A stretch of DNA of 61,973 bases, counting the filler, from Candidatus Delongbacteria bacterium (lineage in GTDB: Bacteria > UBA4055), in assembly GCA_016937995.1 (NCBI GenBank). It is 3 parts of 3 records of this genome, joined end to end, with 100 filler letters (N's around TTAATTAATTAA, not from the genome) between each part and the next. Parts side by side here need not be neighbours in the genome. Positions count along the whole stretch, not along the records: positions 28,646 to 54,479 come from JAFGVM010000072.1; 2 more parts are not named here. One strand, written 5' to 3'. Below, one piece after another: positions 35,882-46,168 of the stretch (within the stretch, counting starts at the first letter, position 1; each line of letters begins with the position of its first letter). The notes under the pieces are model-generated. The model saw nothing but the letters and a program-made list of their open reading frames with translations. It made no database searches and was not told the DNA's origin. Made by a program: the position numbers and the translations under genes.

Positions 35882-36349
35882 TCATTCTTTTTTTGTCCTG
35901 ATATTTTTAAAAAATTCCTGCATAAGTTCACGAATTTCATGTTCCATTACACTGCTTACCACTTCGACTTTTTTATACAGATTCAGTTCTTTGACCCCGT
36001 CATACTTTGTTTTTAGAAATCCCATTCTGGGATCTGACACTCCATATACTATCCTGCTTATCCTGCTCAATAAAATACCCCCGGTGCACATCATACAGGG
36101 TTCTACTGTTACATACAGAGTACAATCCAGCAGTCTCCAGTTGTCTTCATGGTTCTCAGCTGAGGTGATCGCGATCATTTCAGCATGGGCTGTTGCATCT
36201 CTGAGCATTTCCACCTGATTATATCCTTCTGCAATTATTTTACCCTCTTTAACTATGACCGCTCCGATGGGTACTTCACCCTTTTCAAAAGCCTCCAAAG
36301 CCAGTATAAAAGCTTTTCTCATAAAATATTCATCATTCTTCTCTATCAT
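35882..36349 (-). CDS. tadA: tRNA adenosine(34) deaminase
   Basis: Motifs GEVPIGAV, DATAHAE, WRL, and TVEPCMMC zinc site. Confidence 0.9.
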   Translation of the reverse strand: MIEKNDEYFMRKAFILALEAFEKGEVPIGAVIVKEGKIIAEGYNQVEMLRDATAHAEMIAITSAENHEDNWRLLDCTLYVTVEPCMMCTGGILLSRISRIVYGVSDPRMGFLKTKYDGVKELNLYKKVEVVSSVMEHEIRELMQEFFKNIRTKKE

Positions 36350-36376
36350 ACATTAAGACCCTTTTTCTGTTTGTTG

Positions 36377-36440
36377 GTCATGCTGAATTTATTTCAGCAT
36401 CTTTTTTTAAAAGAGGGGACAATTATTAGACGTCTCCTAC
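36377..36440. repeat. Two REP-like palindromes
   Basis: GTCATGCTGAATTTATTTCAGCATCT (36377-36402). The reverse complement of 36414-36440 is GTAGGAGACGTCTAATAATTGTCCCCT. Confidence 0.7.
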
Positions 36441-36481
36441 ATCAGTTTTAATTATCATCTGGATATTGGACATTCATGCTT

Positions 36482-38020
36482 TTACAACCGGTATTCTTCC
36501 CACAATTTTATCAATGCATCGCTGTTACCAACACTGAACAGGTTCAGATATTCAGGATCATCATAGATCGTTTCTCCGGAAATGAGTTCAAATCCTACGC
36601 TTAAAGAATCCTTCAATTCGTTTATTATGTCCTTTTCAATTTTTTTCATAAAATGAATATGAAAATACAGACCCATAGGCTGGTAATCCTTCAACCACAT
36701 TTTCATAAAGGCAGCGAACCATTTTCTCAATGAAAAGATCAATTCTTCAGCTTTACTGTTTAATTTCAGGCAAGATTCATTATTCCTGTACATCATGTGC
36801 AGTTCAACTTTTTTCTGGAGCACAAATGTTTGTTCAACAAATAGCTTAATGTCCGTTTCAAATTCTGATTTATAATCAATGCTGTCAGAAATTGCTCTCA
36901 GGTCTTCTATTTTGTCAATAATTTTGGTCAGTTGATCAGCTGACTGAGATGCAAATCCCTTGCCTTTGAAAACATATTCATGGAACATATGCTTTGTAAC
37001 ATATTCTGAGTGACCGTTCACGTTCTCAGCATTTAAATAATCCCCGAAATGTATCTCATCCATAAGGTTGATTATTTCAGACAGCTTGTCCTGGTCATAC
37101 ATTTTACTTTGATTTTTATTTTTGAAGATATTGAATGCAATTTCAAATAGGTCTTCAGTAAATGTAGCCGGATGGATATGCCCTGCATCTCCCCAGTCAG
37201 TTACCATAAAACCCCTTGCTGAAATAAGGTCAGCCCTTTCTTTCATCAGTTGAAAATTCTTTATTGCAAAATCATATCTCGGGAAAAAACTTTTCCATGT
37301 ATTTGTCCCTGGACATACAAGTGTGTTTGCTCCAAGTTCCATATATGTTTCAGGCATTTCTGCAAAACCATAGTTCCAGTAGCATAATACAGCATTTTTA
37401 CCAAGCTTTTCCATTACTTCGGGATTATTTTCAACCATATCACCCCACAGTATGATATCTCTATTAAAAATTCCGGCTATATCCTTCAATTTCAGGATAT
37501 GCTCAAGGAATATTTCATCCCTGGTTTTTCCCTGGTCAATAAGATACTTACTCTTACCGGTAGCCATATCATATACCTCATCTCCGCCAATATGTATGTA
37601 TCCGGACGAGAAAGCTTCTGAAGCAGCTCTATACATGTCTGTTATAAGTTCGTAAGTATCACTGCTGATGCTGACAGACCATTTTTTTTCCGACTCACAA
37701 ATATTGTTATATTCATGATGCTTCAATATGTGGAACATATGACCGAAAGACTGAATCAGCGGAATTATCTCTATGTTATTTTTCCCGGCATAAATATCAA
37801 TATCTTTAAATTCTTCAGCCGTATATCCGTCAGCATCACAACCGATCTTCGGGTGCTTCGGCATCTTAAATACATGCTCTATGTTAAAGAATATCGTATC
37901 ATATCCGATCTCAGAAAGATTTTTGACCATCCTTTTCATTCTGGACACTGTCGGTACTCTGAACCTTGAAATATCGATCATACAGGCTTTAACATTGGTT
38001 TTATTCATAACTTTTCCCAA
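36482..38020 (-). CDS. Glycoside hydrolase family 20 (beta-hexosaminidase-like), no signal peptide
   Basis: MIDISR, PLIQSFGH, catalytic HIGGDEV, LWGDM, YWNY and VTDWGDAGH motifs. Confidence 0.8.
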   Translation of the reverse strand: MGKVMNKTNVKACMIDISRFRVPTVSRMKRMVKNLSEIGYDTIFFNIEHVFKMPKHPKIGCDADGYTAEEFKDIDIYAGKNNIEIIPLIQSFGHMFHILKHHEYNNICESEKKWSVSISSDTYELITDMYRAASEAFSSGYIHIGGDEVYDMATGKSKYLIDQGKTRDEIFLEHILKLKDIAGIFNRDIILWGDMVENNPEVMEKLGKNAVLCYWNYGFAEMPETYMELGANTLVCPGTNTWKSFFPRYDFAIKNFQLMKERADLISARGFMVTDWGDAGHIHPATFTEDLFEIAFNIFKNKNQSKMYDQDKLSEIINLMDEIHFGDYLNAENVNGHSEYVTKHMFHEYVFKGKGFASQSADQLTKIIDKIEDLRAISDSIDYKSEFETDIKLFVEQTFVLQKKVELHMMYRNNESCLKLNSKAEELIFSLRKWFAAFMKMWLKDYQPMGLYFHIHFMKKIEKDIINELKDSLSVGFELISGETIYDDPEYLNLFSVGNSDALIKLWEEYRL

Positions 38021-38065
38021 TTTAATTAAGTTACGTGAATTAGAATTTTGACCTTAAAATGTCTT

Positions 38066-40324
38066 TTACTTGAATATCGGGATACCTTTACTCATGAAAG
38101 AATTTGTAAAAGCTTCATTATAATCATTTCTCCAGAGCCTTGCTGCGTTAATGTTTAATTTATCAATACACGGCTTATTATCTTTGAAAACTATCTCATT
38201 ACCAGTTAACACGGAATCCATATTGAAATATTCGTTTATGAACAATTTCTCTCTGCCCTGATAATTAACCGAGCTATTTGAAAATTTATCAAATATATCA
38301 TTCGCTGAAGCAATGAAAAGGCTGTTCCGCTGCTGTTCAGTTCCGGCTGTGAATAATGTTTTCGTTTGAAATCCCGATTCAACTAATGTTTTATACAAAG
38401 ATCTGCATGGCAAACCATTTTCACCACTGACAAATCCGTTGAAATTTATCATGATGAAACCACCCTTATTAAGTAAAGAACCTGTTTTGATGAAGCATTC
38501 ACTGCTCAGTACATGTGCCGGAGGAGTTTCACCTTTGAAAAGATCAAAAATAATAAGGTCATATTTTTTATCAGTGGTTTCAATATAATGTCTGGCATCA
38601 TCAACAACTGTGTTTACTTTGTCTGACAGATCGAAGTAATCTTTTGCGATCTCCAGCATACGTTCATCTAGTTCGACAGCATCAACTTTATGCTGAAATT
38701 GGTTCTCTAGCATATTCGCAATAGTACCTCCCCCCAAACCCAGTAACAGAACATTTGATCTTTCAGGAAGAATTCCAGCTGCTGAGGCTATAAATTCTGT
38801 GTAATCCCACCTGGATCTGCCATTTTTCAAATTTATAAATGTCTGACCCATTCTATTCACAAAAAGAACTCTATACTTTACCGGTCTTATCCTTACGTCA
38901 GTAGACCTTTTTGTAATATCAGCAACAAGTATTTGTCCGAGAAGACCTTCAGAATAATGACGAACATCAATATCCTTGCTTCGCATAGTATTATTTTTCA
39001 GAAATGAAATTCCAAAGAAAAAAGCAATTATGAATATAGCTGAAATATGCTTTTTTTGTATTACCAGAAGAATAAATGGTATCGTACCTGCTATAATTCC
39101 GATCACAAATGTAGGTGATGATATACCGAAGTTTGGTATTATCCAGTATCCTGTTAAAATGATACTGAAAATACCACCGACCGAAGATATCGTAAATACA
39201 TTCCCGGTAGTTTTACCGGATACTTTTATATTCTTTGAATGTATCCTGATCAATAAAGTCGGGGTCATTCCGATCAATCCCAAAGGTATTATCAGCAGAA
39301 TACTGGACATAATGATAACCGACATAACGGGTGGTGCATTAACGAATAATGATATTAGTATTTCCGCTGTTTTTGGAAGTATCATTATAAAAACAGATGA
39401 AACTAAAGTGATCATATAAAGAGTATTCATTCTCGGGTATTTATCCCCCAGATATCCACCTCCGTAATATGCTATTGCCAATCCTATGAATGTGATCCCG
39501 ATAACACTTCCCCATACATAAAGCCCTGAACCGAAATAAGGTGAGATCATACCTACAACAAGCATTTCGATTGCCATAACAACAGCCCCTTCAATAAAAG
39601 CAAACAAATACCAGCTTTTACCTAATGTCCTGTCAAAAGGATCATTAAGATCATTCTCCTGTGTTTCAACAGGAACTGATGGATCAGTCTTGACCGGTTG
39701 CTCAGCTTTTGGACCGGATAGGGATTTCTTTGAAAAATATTCTACCAACGATATCAATGGTAGTGCCAACAGTGCAAAAGATGTGTAATAAGCACTCATC
39801 TTCATATCGACAATAGGGATCATGAAAAATCCGAATAAGAATGTTGAAACTATACCACCGATTGTGGAAGTGAAGTAAACTAAACCTGCTGTTTTACCCA
39901 GAGTTTTTATGTCAACGGACAAGAGAGCAACGACCAGAGGACCAACTATTCCGAAACAAATAAGTGGTGGAGTTATTAAAAAGAAACTTGTGATCAATAT
40001 ACCTGAATGTAAATTCATCTCTCTAGTAATTTGTATAAGAGTTTTTGCTGTATGGGGCAGCATAAAGGTCAAAAATGCTGAAATAGATATGATGATGAAC
40101 AATAATTTTATCGAAGGAATTTTTTCAGAAAGTATTCCGCCAAAAAAATAACCCAGAGTCAGACTGAAAACTGTTGTCGCAAAAACAGCAGTCCACACAT
40201 ACAACGAATTTCCATAAAACGGTGCGAGCAATTTAGCCCCTAATAATTCAACGGCCATTAATGATCCGCCTTCTATCAGCAGCACAAGAAATAAAAACCA
40301 ATTTCTTTTAAGGTGACCTTTCAT
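38066..40324 (-). CDS. Fused MFS-like membrane domain / spermidine-synthase-like methyltransferase
   Basis: Duplicated TM module (EG..MA.E....PF/YFG..LYVW), SAM-binding LLLGLGGG, VELD, DAR and YDLIIFD motifs. Confidence 0.85.
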   Translation of the reverse strand: MKGHLKRNWFLFLVLLIEGGSLMAVELLGAKLLAPFYGNSLYVWTAVFATTVFSLTLGYFFGGILSEKIPSIKLLFIIISISAFLTFMLPHTAKTLIQITREMNLHSGILITSFFLITPPLICFGIVGPLVVALLSVDIKTLGKTAGLVYFTSTIGGIVSTFLFGFFMIPIVDMKMSAYYTSFALLALPLISLVEYFSKKSLSGPKAEQPVKTDPSVPVETQENDLNDPFDRTLGKSWYLFAFIEGAVVMAIEMLVVGMISPYFGSGLYVWGSVIGITFIGLAIAYYGGGYLGDKYPRMNTLYMITLVSSVFIMILPKTAEILISLFVNAPPVMSVIIMSSILLIIPLGLIGMTPTLLIRIHSKNIKVSGKTTGNVFTISSVGGIFSIILTGYWIIPNFGISSPTFVIGIIAGTIPFILLVIQKKHISAIFIIAFFFGISFLKNNTMRSKDIDVRHYSEGLLGQILVADITKRSTDVRIRPVKYRVLFVNRMGQTFINLKNGRSRWDYTEFIASAAGILPERSNVLLLGLGGGTIANMLENQFQHKVDAVELDERMLEIAKDYFDLSDKVNTVVDDARHYIETTDKKYDLIIFDLFKGETPPAHVLSSECFIKTGSLLNKGGFIMINFNGFVSGENGLPCRSLYKTLVESGFQTKTLFTAGTEQQRNSLFIASANDIFDKFSNSSVNYQGREKLFINEYFNMDSVLTGNEIVFKDNKPCIDKLNINAARLWRNDYNEAFTNSFMSKGIPIFK

Positions 40325-40481
40325 TTCATTCCCACATTAGTTGAGTTAATATAATTTACGTTTTAATCTTTTAATTGTCCATCAGTAGTTAAAAAATAAT
40401 TGTTCTATTGATTTGGTTGCCCTTATACTTTATATTTCTTTTTCTAAAAGAATAGAACAAAGAAAACTAAAGGAGAAAATT

Positions 40482-41375
40482 ATGGCAAAAGTGGTTCATG
40501 AAGCTAACATTAAAGAACTTGAACTTTTTAATAAAGGCAAAGTACGTGAAATATATTCATTTCAGAATGATAAGTTATTGATCGTAACATCTGACAGAAT
40601 AAGCGCTTTTGACGTTATAATGGGTCAGGGAATTCCTGAAAAGGGAAAAGTTTTAACTAAAATTGCAAATTTCTGGTTCAAAAAATTTGAAAGTATCATT
40701 AAGAACCATATAATTTCCACAGACCCTGTTAATGATTTTCCGGAATTAAAACCATTTGAAAACGTTATTGAAGGAAGATCTATAGTCGTTCATAAATGTC
40801 AGCCTTTACCTATAGAGGCTATCGTTAGAGGTTATCTGGCCGGTTCTGGACTGAAAGAATATGAAAAGTATGGAACAGTATGTGGAATCAGTCTGCCGGA
40901 AGGACTTGTAAATTCATCAAAATTACCCGAACCTATTTTTACTCCGTCAACTAAAGCTGAGCAGGGATTTCACGATGAAAATATTTCATTTGAAAAAATG
41001 AAGGAGATAATTGATCCTGAACTCGCTGAGAAAGTTAAAAATGTCAGTCTGGAGCTATATAAAGCCGGTAATGAATATGCTGCAACCAAAGGTATAATAA
41101 TAGCTGACACAAAATTCGAATTCGGTCTTCTTAACGGTGAGCTTATACTTATAGATGAAGTGTTAACACCTGATTCTTCAAGATTTTGGCCTGCTGATGA
41201 ATATGCAGAAGGAAAAAATCAGAAAAGTTTTGACAAGCAGTATCTCAGAGATTACCTACAGGGATTGGTTGACGAAGGAAAATGGAACAAGTCCGCTCCT
41301 GCACCTGAGCTTCCTGATGAGGTCACAGAAACAACTTCAAAAAAATATAACGAAGTTTTAAACAGGCTTTTGTAA
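40482..41375 (+). CDS. purC: SAICAR synthetase
   Basis: Motifs [35 protein letters not shown] and [15 protein letters not shown] 40482 follows AAGGAG. Confidence 0.96.
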   Translation: MAKVVHEANIKELELFNKGKVREIYSFQNDKLLIVTSDRISAFDVIMGQGIPEKGKVLTKIANFWFKKFESIIKNHIISTDPVNDFPELKPFENVIEGRSIVVHKCQPLPIEAIVRGYLAGSGLKEYEKYGTVCGISLPEGLVNSSKLPEPIFTPSTKAEQGFHDENISFEKMKEIIDPELAEKVKNVSLELYKAGNEYAATKGIIIADTKFEFGLLNGELILIDEVLTPDSSRFWPADEYAEGKNQKSFDKQYLRDYLQGLVDEGKWNKSAPAPELPDEVTETTSKKYNEVLNRLL

Positions 41376-41378
41376 ACA

Positions 41379-41693
41379 ATGAAAATTTTAAACGAAAAAA
41401 AATATACTGTATTGATCCCTTCAAAAGATCTTTTGGGAGAAGATGGTAAAAATTTTATACTTGAATGTGATATCGAGATCGCGAAGCACAATTCCGAGGT
41501 TTACGTATTTGATTTTAAGTCAGTTGATCAGGCAGATTCTTCAGTACTTGCTTTTCTTGTTTCAACATTTTGCAGTCCAAAGAACAGCTACTACTGCATA
41601 AATGTTAACCCCTCACTTCTTGATATCTTTCAAATGATGCAACTTCTTCAGTGTATGAAACTACTGGATAAGCTGGAGGATCTAAAAATTTAA
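41379..41693 (+). CDS. STAS domain protein (anti-sigma antagonist-like)
   Basis: Motifs FDFKSVDQADSSVLAFL and IFQMMQL. Confidence 0.7.
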   Translation: MKILNEKKYTVLIPSKDLLGEDGKNFILECDIEIAKHNSEVYVFDFKSVDQADSSVLAFLVSTFCSPKNSYYCINVNPSLLDIFQMMQLLQCMKLLDKLEDLKI

Positions 41694-41716
41694 AGGCCGG
41701 TTCTCCGGCTTTTTTT
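41694..41716 (+). terminator. Intrinsic terminator
   Basis: GCCGG-ttct-CCGGC followed by a T run. Confidence 0.7.
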
Positions 41717-41740
41717 ATAATTTGCTCTTAATAAATTAAC

Positions 41741-41769
41741 TTGACATTGATTTATAGCAATAATAATTT
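41741..41769 (+). promoter_or_regulatory. Putative sigma-70 promoter of the LKR-SDH genes
   Basis: TTGACA(41741-41746)-17nt-TAATTT(41764-41769). Confidence 0.5.
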
Positions 41770-41802
41770 TCAACCTTCATCAATTGTAATTTAGGAGATC
41801 AT

Positions 41803-43107
41803 ATGAAAAAGATAGGTATTAGATATGAAGATAGATTCACAGCAGAGAGAAGAGTTCCTCTTATTCCTGATCATGTAAAACAATTAAAAGAACAATTTGG
41901 CATAGAATTTAATGTGGAACCTTCTGAAAAAAGGATATTTAAGGATGAAGAGTATCTTCAGGCAGGAGCTCAACTGACAGGAGATTTCAGAGATTGTGAA
42001 GTTATCATAGGTGTCAAAGAGATTGTGGAAAAATGGTTTGAGAACGAGAAAACCTATATTTTCTTTTCACACACAATTAAGGGACAGTCATACAACATGG
42101 GTATCCTGAAAAAAATGATCGAAAAAAAAGTTAATCTGATAGATTATGAAAAGATCACTGATGAAAACGGGAAAAGATTAATATTCTTCGGTAAATTTGC
42201 AGGTCTTGCTGGTATGATCGATTCTATCTGGGCCTTGGGTTTAAGACTGAAACATCTGGGAATTGACAATCCTTTTACAAGATTAAATCAATGTTACACC
42301 TATAATTCTTTGGATGAGGCAAAAGCGGTCGTGAGAGAGATCGGTGAAGACATCAGAAAGAACGGTCTGCCTAAAGAACTTTCCCCTTTCGTAACTGGGT
42401 TCACCGGTTATGGAAATGTTTCCATAGGTGCCCAGGAGATATACGATCTTCTTCCTGTGAAAGAAATTACTCCGGCTGAGCTTCTTGAACTGGAAAGTAA
42501 AACTGATCTTCCACAAAACCTTCTGTATAAAGTCGTATTCAAAGAAGAACATTTGTCAGTTCATAAAGACGGAAAAGCTTTTGATTTACAGCATTATTAT
42601 CACAACCCTTCTGAATACGAAAGCGACTTTGAGCAATATATTCCTAAGATGACAGTACTGATGAACTGTATGTACTGGACAGCAGATTATCCGATGATAG
42701 TTACAAAGGATTATCTGGAAAAGAACTACAATAAGGATCATAAACTTAAGGTCATCGGTGATATTACCTGCGATGTTAACGGTTCTATTGAATGTACTGA
42801 AAAGGGTGCTCTGGTTGAAAACCCTATCTTTGTTTATGATACTGACAGCAGGACGATAAAAGACGGTCATACCGGTGAAGGGATACAAATGATGACAGTG
42901 GATATTCTTCCTAGCGAATTACCGAGAGAATCATCAGAGTTCTTCAGTCATGCATTGCTTCCGTTCATACCTGAGATAGCTAAAGCTGATTATAATGTTC
43001 CTTTTGATGAACTTGAGATCCCGGGACCGATCAAGAGAGCTATGATACTTCACAAAGGAAATTTCACACCGGATTTTGAGTATATGAAAAAATTTATCAA
43101 TAAATAA
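41803..43107 (+). CDS. Lysine-ketoglutarate reductase (LKR domain, AlaDH/PNT fold)
   Basis: Motifs ERRVPL.P, GVKE, FFSHTIKGQSYN, LIDYE, FGKFAG.AG, TGYGNVS.GAQE, DITCD..GSIE and DILPSELPRESS. Confidence 0.85.
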   Translation: MKKIGIRYEDRFTAERRVPLIPDHVKQLKEQFGIEFNVEPSEKRIFKDEEYLQAGAQLTGDFRDCEVIIGVKEIVEKWFENEKTYIFFSHTIKGQSYNMGILKKMIEKKVNLIDYEKITDENGKRLIFFGKFAGLAGMIDSIWALGLRLKHLGIDNPFTRLNQCYTYNSLDEAKAVVREIGEDIRKNGLPKELSPFVTGFTGYGNVSIGAQEIYDLLPVKEITPAELLELESKTDLPQNLLYKVVFKEEHLSVHKDGKAFDLQHYYHNPSEYESDFEQYIPKMTVLMNCMYWTADYPMIVTKDYLEKNYNKDHKLKVIGDITCDVNGSIECTEKGALVENPIFVYDTDSRTIKDGHTGEGIQMMTVDILPSELPRESSEFFSHALLPFIPEIAKADYNVPFDELEIPGPIKRAMILHKGNFTPDFEYMKKFINK

Positions 43108-43127
43108 TTAATCAAAGAGCGTGTACT

Positions 43128-44468
43128 ATGAAAAAAGTACTGATACTTGGTGCCGGAATGGTATCAAAACCAATGTTTGAATATCTTCTAAGTAATAATA
43201 TTCAGATAACCGCAGCCTCAAACACTCCTGAGAACAGTGAAAAAGTGATCAAGGATGATCCTCTGGGCAAAAGTGTCTTTCTTGACTTCAATAAAGACAA
43301 AGAGCTTTTGAACGATCTGATCTCGCAACATGATCTTACTGTAAGTCTTTTACCTTATGCTTTTCACGTTGAAGTTGCAAAACTTTGTATCAGGCATAAA
43401 AAAAACATGGTAACAACTTCCTACGTGAAACCGGAGATGTTCGACCTTGATACTCAGGCGAAAGAAGCAGGTATTATAATTTTGAATGAACTGGGTCTTG
43501 ATCCTGGTATTGATCATATGTCTGCAATGAGAATTATCCACAACATCCATGATAAAGGTGGAAATGTTGAGGAATTCTATTCATTCTGTGGTGCTTTAGT
43601 CGCTCCTGAAGTATTAAATAACCCGTTCCATTATAATTTTACATGGGCACCAAAAGGTGTTGTAATGGCAGGGAATAACGATGGAAATATACTTCATCAC
43701 GGAAAGGAGAAATATATTCCGACAAAAGATCTGTTTAAAAATCCTATTTCAATAGATTTCCCGACTTTGGGAGCACTTGAAGTTTACCCTAACAGGGATT
43801 CTGTTCCTTATATAAAACTTTACGGTATTCCTGAAACACAAACTATTTATAGAGGAACATTTAGATACAGCAGATGGTGTGAGAATATTGATGCTATGAA
43901 AGCATGTGATCTTTTAAGTTATGATAAGATAAACCTTGAAAATAAAAGTTATGCTGATATGATCGCTTCACTGATAGGGTCTCCTGATTCTGAAAATATT
44001 CGTTCAAAAGTTGCAGAACATTTGAATATTAAACCTAATAATCAGATCTTGGATGCTTTGGAGTGGCTTGGTCTTTTCAGTAATGAATCTATTGGAAGAA
44101 CGGAAGACTCTCCATTTGAAGTTGTTTCTGACCTTATGATAGATAAGATGATGGTTCACGGTGATGAGAGGGACATGGTGGTTATGCAGCATACTTTCCT
44201 TGCATCTTATGCTGACGGAACAAAAGAAGTTATTAAATCAAGAATGCTTGATTTCGGTATTGTAGGTGAAAATACTTCTATTGCCAGAACCGTTGCACTA
44301 CCTGCTGCGGTTGGAGTTAAAATGATCCTTGAAGGTGAGATACATGTAAAGGGTGTTCATATTCCTGTTATCCCTGAGATATACAATCCTATACTTGACG
44401 CTCTTGAAGAGATGGATATAAAAATGGTTGAGGAATACGGACTACCTGAATCTGAGAATATACAATAA
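43128..44468 (+). CDS. Saccharopine dehydrogenase / reductase (SDH domain)
   Basis: Motifs LILGAG.V, SLLPY..H, TTSY, NELGLDPGIDHM, SFCGAL, YPNRDS, RGTFRY and ARTVALP. Confidence 0.9.
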   Translation: MKKVLILGAGMVSKPMFEYLLSNNIQITAASNTPENSEKVIKDDPLGKSVFLDFNKDKELLNDLISQHDLTVSLLPYAFHVEVAKLCIRHKKNMVTTSYVKPEMFDLDTQAKEAGIIILNELGLDPGIDHMSAMRIIHNIHDKGGNVEEFYSFCGALVAPEVLNNPFHYNFTWAPKGVVMAGNNDGNILHHGKEKYIPTKDLFKNPISIDFPTLGALEVYPNRDSVPYIKLYGIPETQTIYRGTFRYSRWCENIDAMKACDLLSYDKINLENKSYADMIASLIGSPDSENIRSKVAEHLNIKPNNQILDALEWLGLFSNESIGRTEDSPFEVVSDLMIDKMMVHGDERDMVVMQHTFLASYADGTKEVIKSRMLDFGIVGENTSIARTVALPAAVGVKMILEGEIHVKGVHIPVIPEIYNPILDALEEMDIKMVEEYGLPESENIQ

Positions 44469-44505
44469 GAACCACATTGATTTCGAGATATAGACTTCCG
44501 ACTGT

Positions 44506-44534
44506 AAAGGGTGAAATAATTTTCACCCTTTTTT
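44506..44534 (+). terminator. Intrinsic terminator
   Basis: AAAGGGTGAAA-taat-TTTCACCCTTT followed by a T run. Confidence 0.8.
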
Positions 44535-44606
44535 CATGTTTTCCTTTTTTAAGCGCTTCTATTCAGAAGTAAAACCCATTTCTTCCAATTTCTCTTTGTC
44601 AACTTA

Positions 44607-45986
44607 TTAATACCAGTTGTAGGTCAACATTCCTCTGATCTCATGATTAAATACCTCAACATCGGGAAATGATAAATATATACCTTCCCTATCGTAAAAC
44701 ACATACGAAGCTGCAAGACCTATACCTTTATAGATATTCTTCTGTATCTCAAATCTACCTACACCTACCGACTCAACACCTTCTGCTCCTGATAATGTCC
44801 TGAGCCAGAACCTGTCAATGTTAATTGATAACTTAGCGAAATCATCTTTATAGAAAACAAAGTTCATTTTTACGACAGCACCCGGACCAAAATTATAATC
44901 TCTTTCCACTTCTAGAAAATATTCTGTGCTTGCTCCACCTAAAACGATAAGTCCTGCCTGATGATTGTGCAAAAAATGCCAATCCGTAAAAAATATCCTT
45001 TCAGCCATCAATTCGAGCCCTAAACTGCTTGCGGCAATTTTATATGTCTGACTTGTAATATAATCAAAATTTTGAACTAAACCCAAAGCACTATGAACAT
45101 ACTTTTCTGAACGAATTTTCTTTCTCCAGATCAATCCCCTGGACATTACATTTCCAATAATATCCTTTTTAAATGAAAATCCAAAATTCAATGTAAAATT
45201 ATCGAAAGGTTTTCTAGAAGTGAATGGGTCACCGTAAACCATTTGAAAATTATAGTTCGCGAACGGTACAGTTGTTGTCGAATCCGCTTTAGCTTCATCC
45301 ATTCCCTTTGAATTTAAAAAAGAAATTATTTTTTTCTCAGCAGATATTTCGAATTTGACTTTCTTTTTATTGCTCTCTTCTTTAGAACTTACAACGAACA
45401 TGCTTCCGTCCATCATCCGGTTCACTGCTTTCATCGGGTTGATGATAAATGCTCCGGTCTCTCTTGTAAATCTCAGTATTCCATCCGAAGAATTATCCAG
45501 AATATTATTTGACAATCTTTCAGTAATCTCTCCGAGCATAGCTCCACCAAGACTGGTAGTTACCAGGTCATTTATCGCCGGTCTTTCTGTCTCCATAAAA
45601 TATTCCCATTGCATACTTCCGAATGCTGTGAATGCCAGACTTTCAAAATAATTATGACCATAGTGACTCGCTATAGAATAATACAAACTTCCCTGATACG
45701 GATGACCGATCTGATTAACAGCAAAATTATCATCATCCCATACCCATGGACTTTTCAAATTTGTTTCAATAGTACTGAAACTTATCTTGGCATAATCAGC
45801 ATTACGGATATACCTGTTAGTGGCAGCAATCCCACAGTTCAGAGCAAATATCTGTCCTATAGGTTGCAAAAAAGACTTCCAGGTATTTTTCCTTTCAATT
45901 AAAGACTGTCCATTGACGAAAAAAAAATGTAATAGAATCGTCAATAAAGAAATATGCGGTATTTTTGTCATAACTATCCTAATCAT
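44607..45986 (-). CDS. Outer-membrane protein with a DUF3943-like domain
   Basis: Motifs WVWDDDNF.VNQIGHPYQG, WEYFMETERPAINDL..T..GG..LGE and YNFGPG. C-terminal aromatic strand. Confidence 0.75.
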   Translation of the reverse strand: MIRIVMTKIPHISLLTILLHFFFVNGQSLIERKNTWKSFLQPIGQIFALNCGIAATNRYIRNADYAKISFSTIETNLKSPWVWDDDNFAVNQIGHPYQGSLYYSIASHYGHNYFESLAFTAFGSMQWEYFMETERPAINDLVTTSLGGAMLGEITERLSNNILDNSSDGILRFTRETGAFIINPMKAVNRMMDGSMFVVSSKEESNKKKVKFEISAEKKIISFLNSKGMDEAKADSTTTVPFANYNFQMVYGDPFTSRKPFDNFTLNFGFSFKKDIIGNVMSRGLIWRKKIRSEKYVHSALGLVQNFDYITSQTYKIAASSLGLELMAERIFFTDWHFLHNHQAGLIVLGGASTEYFLEVERDYNFGPGAVVKMNFVFYKDDFAKLSINIDRFWLRTLSGAEGVESVGVGRFEIQKNIYKGIGLAASYVFYDREGIYLSFPDVEVFNHEIRGMLTYNWY

Positions 45987-46168
45987 GCTTAAAGTCTAAA
46001 TCTAAAACTTTTAAATACTTTTCACAAATAATATATTATTCCTCTATGTCCGTATTAGGAACGCATTCCTGAGTTCCCTAAGGTCTTATACCTTATACGT
46101 AAAATATTCCTTGCCAAATTCAAACTTTGAACATAAAATATGGTATAAGCAATTAAATTGAGGTAAAC

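Noticed and set aside
41717..41802. Lysine riboswitch upstream of LKR (also Mg2+ riboswitch before corA, purine riboswitch before purC, preQ1 before tgt)
   Set aside because: The leaders are short, AT-rich and lack the conserved aptamer cores.
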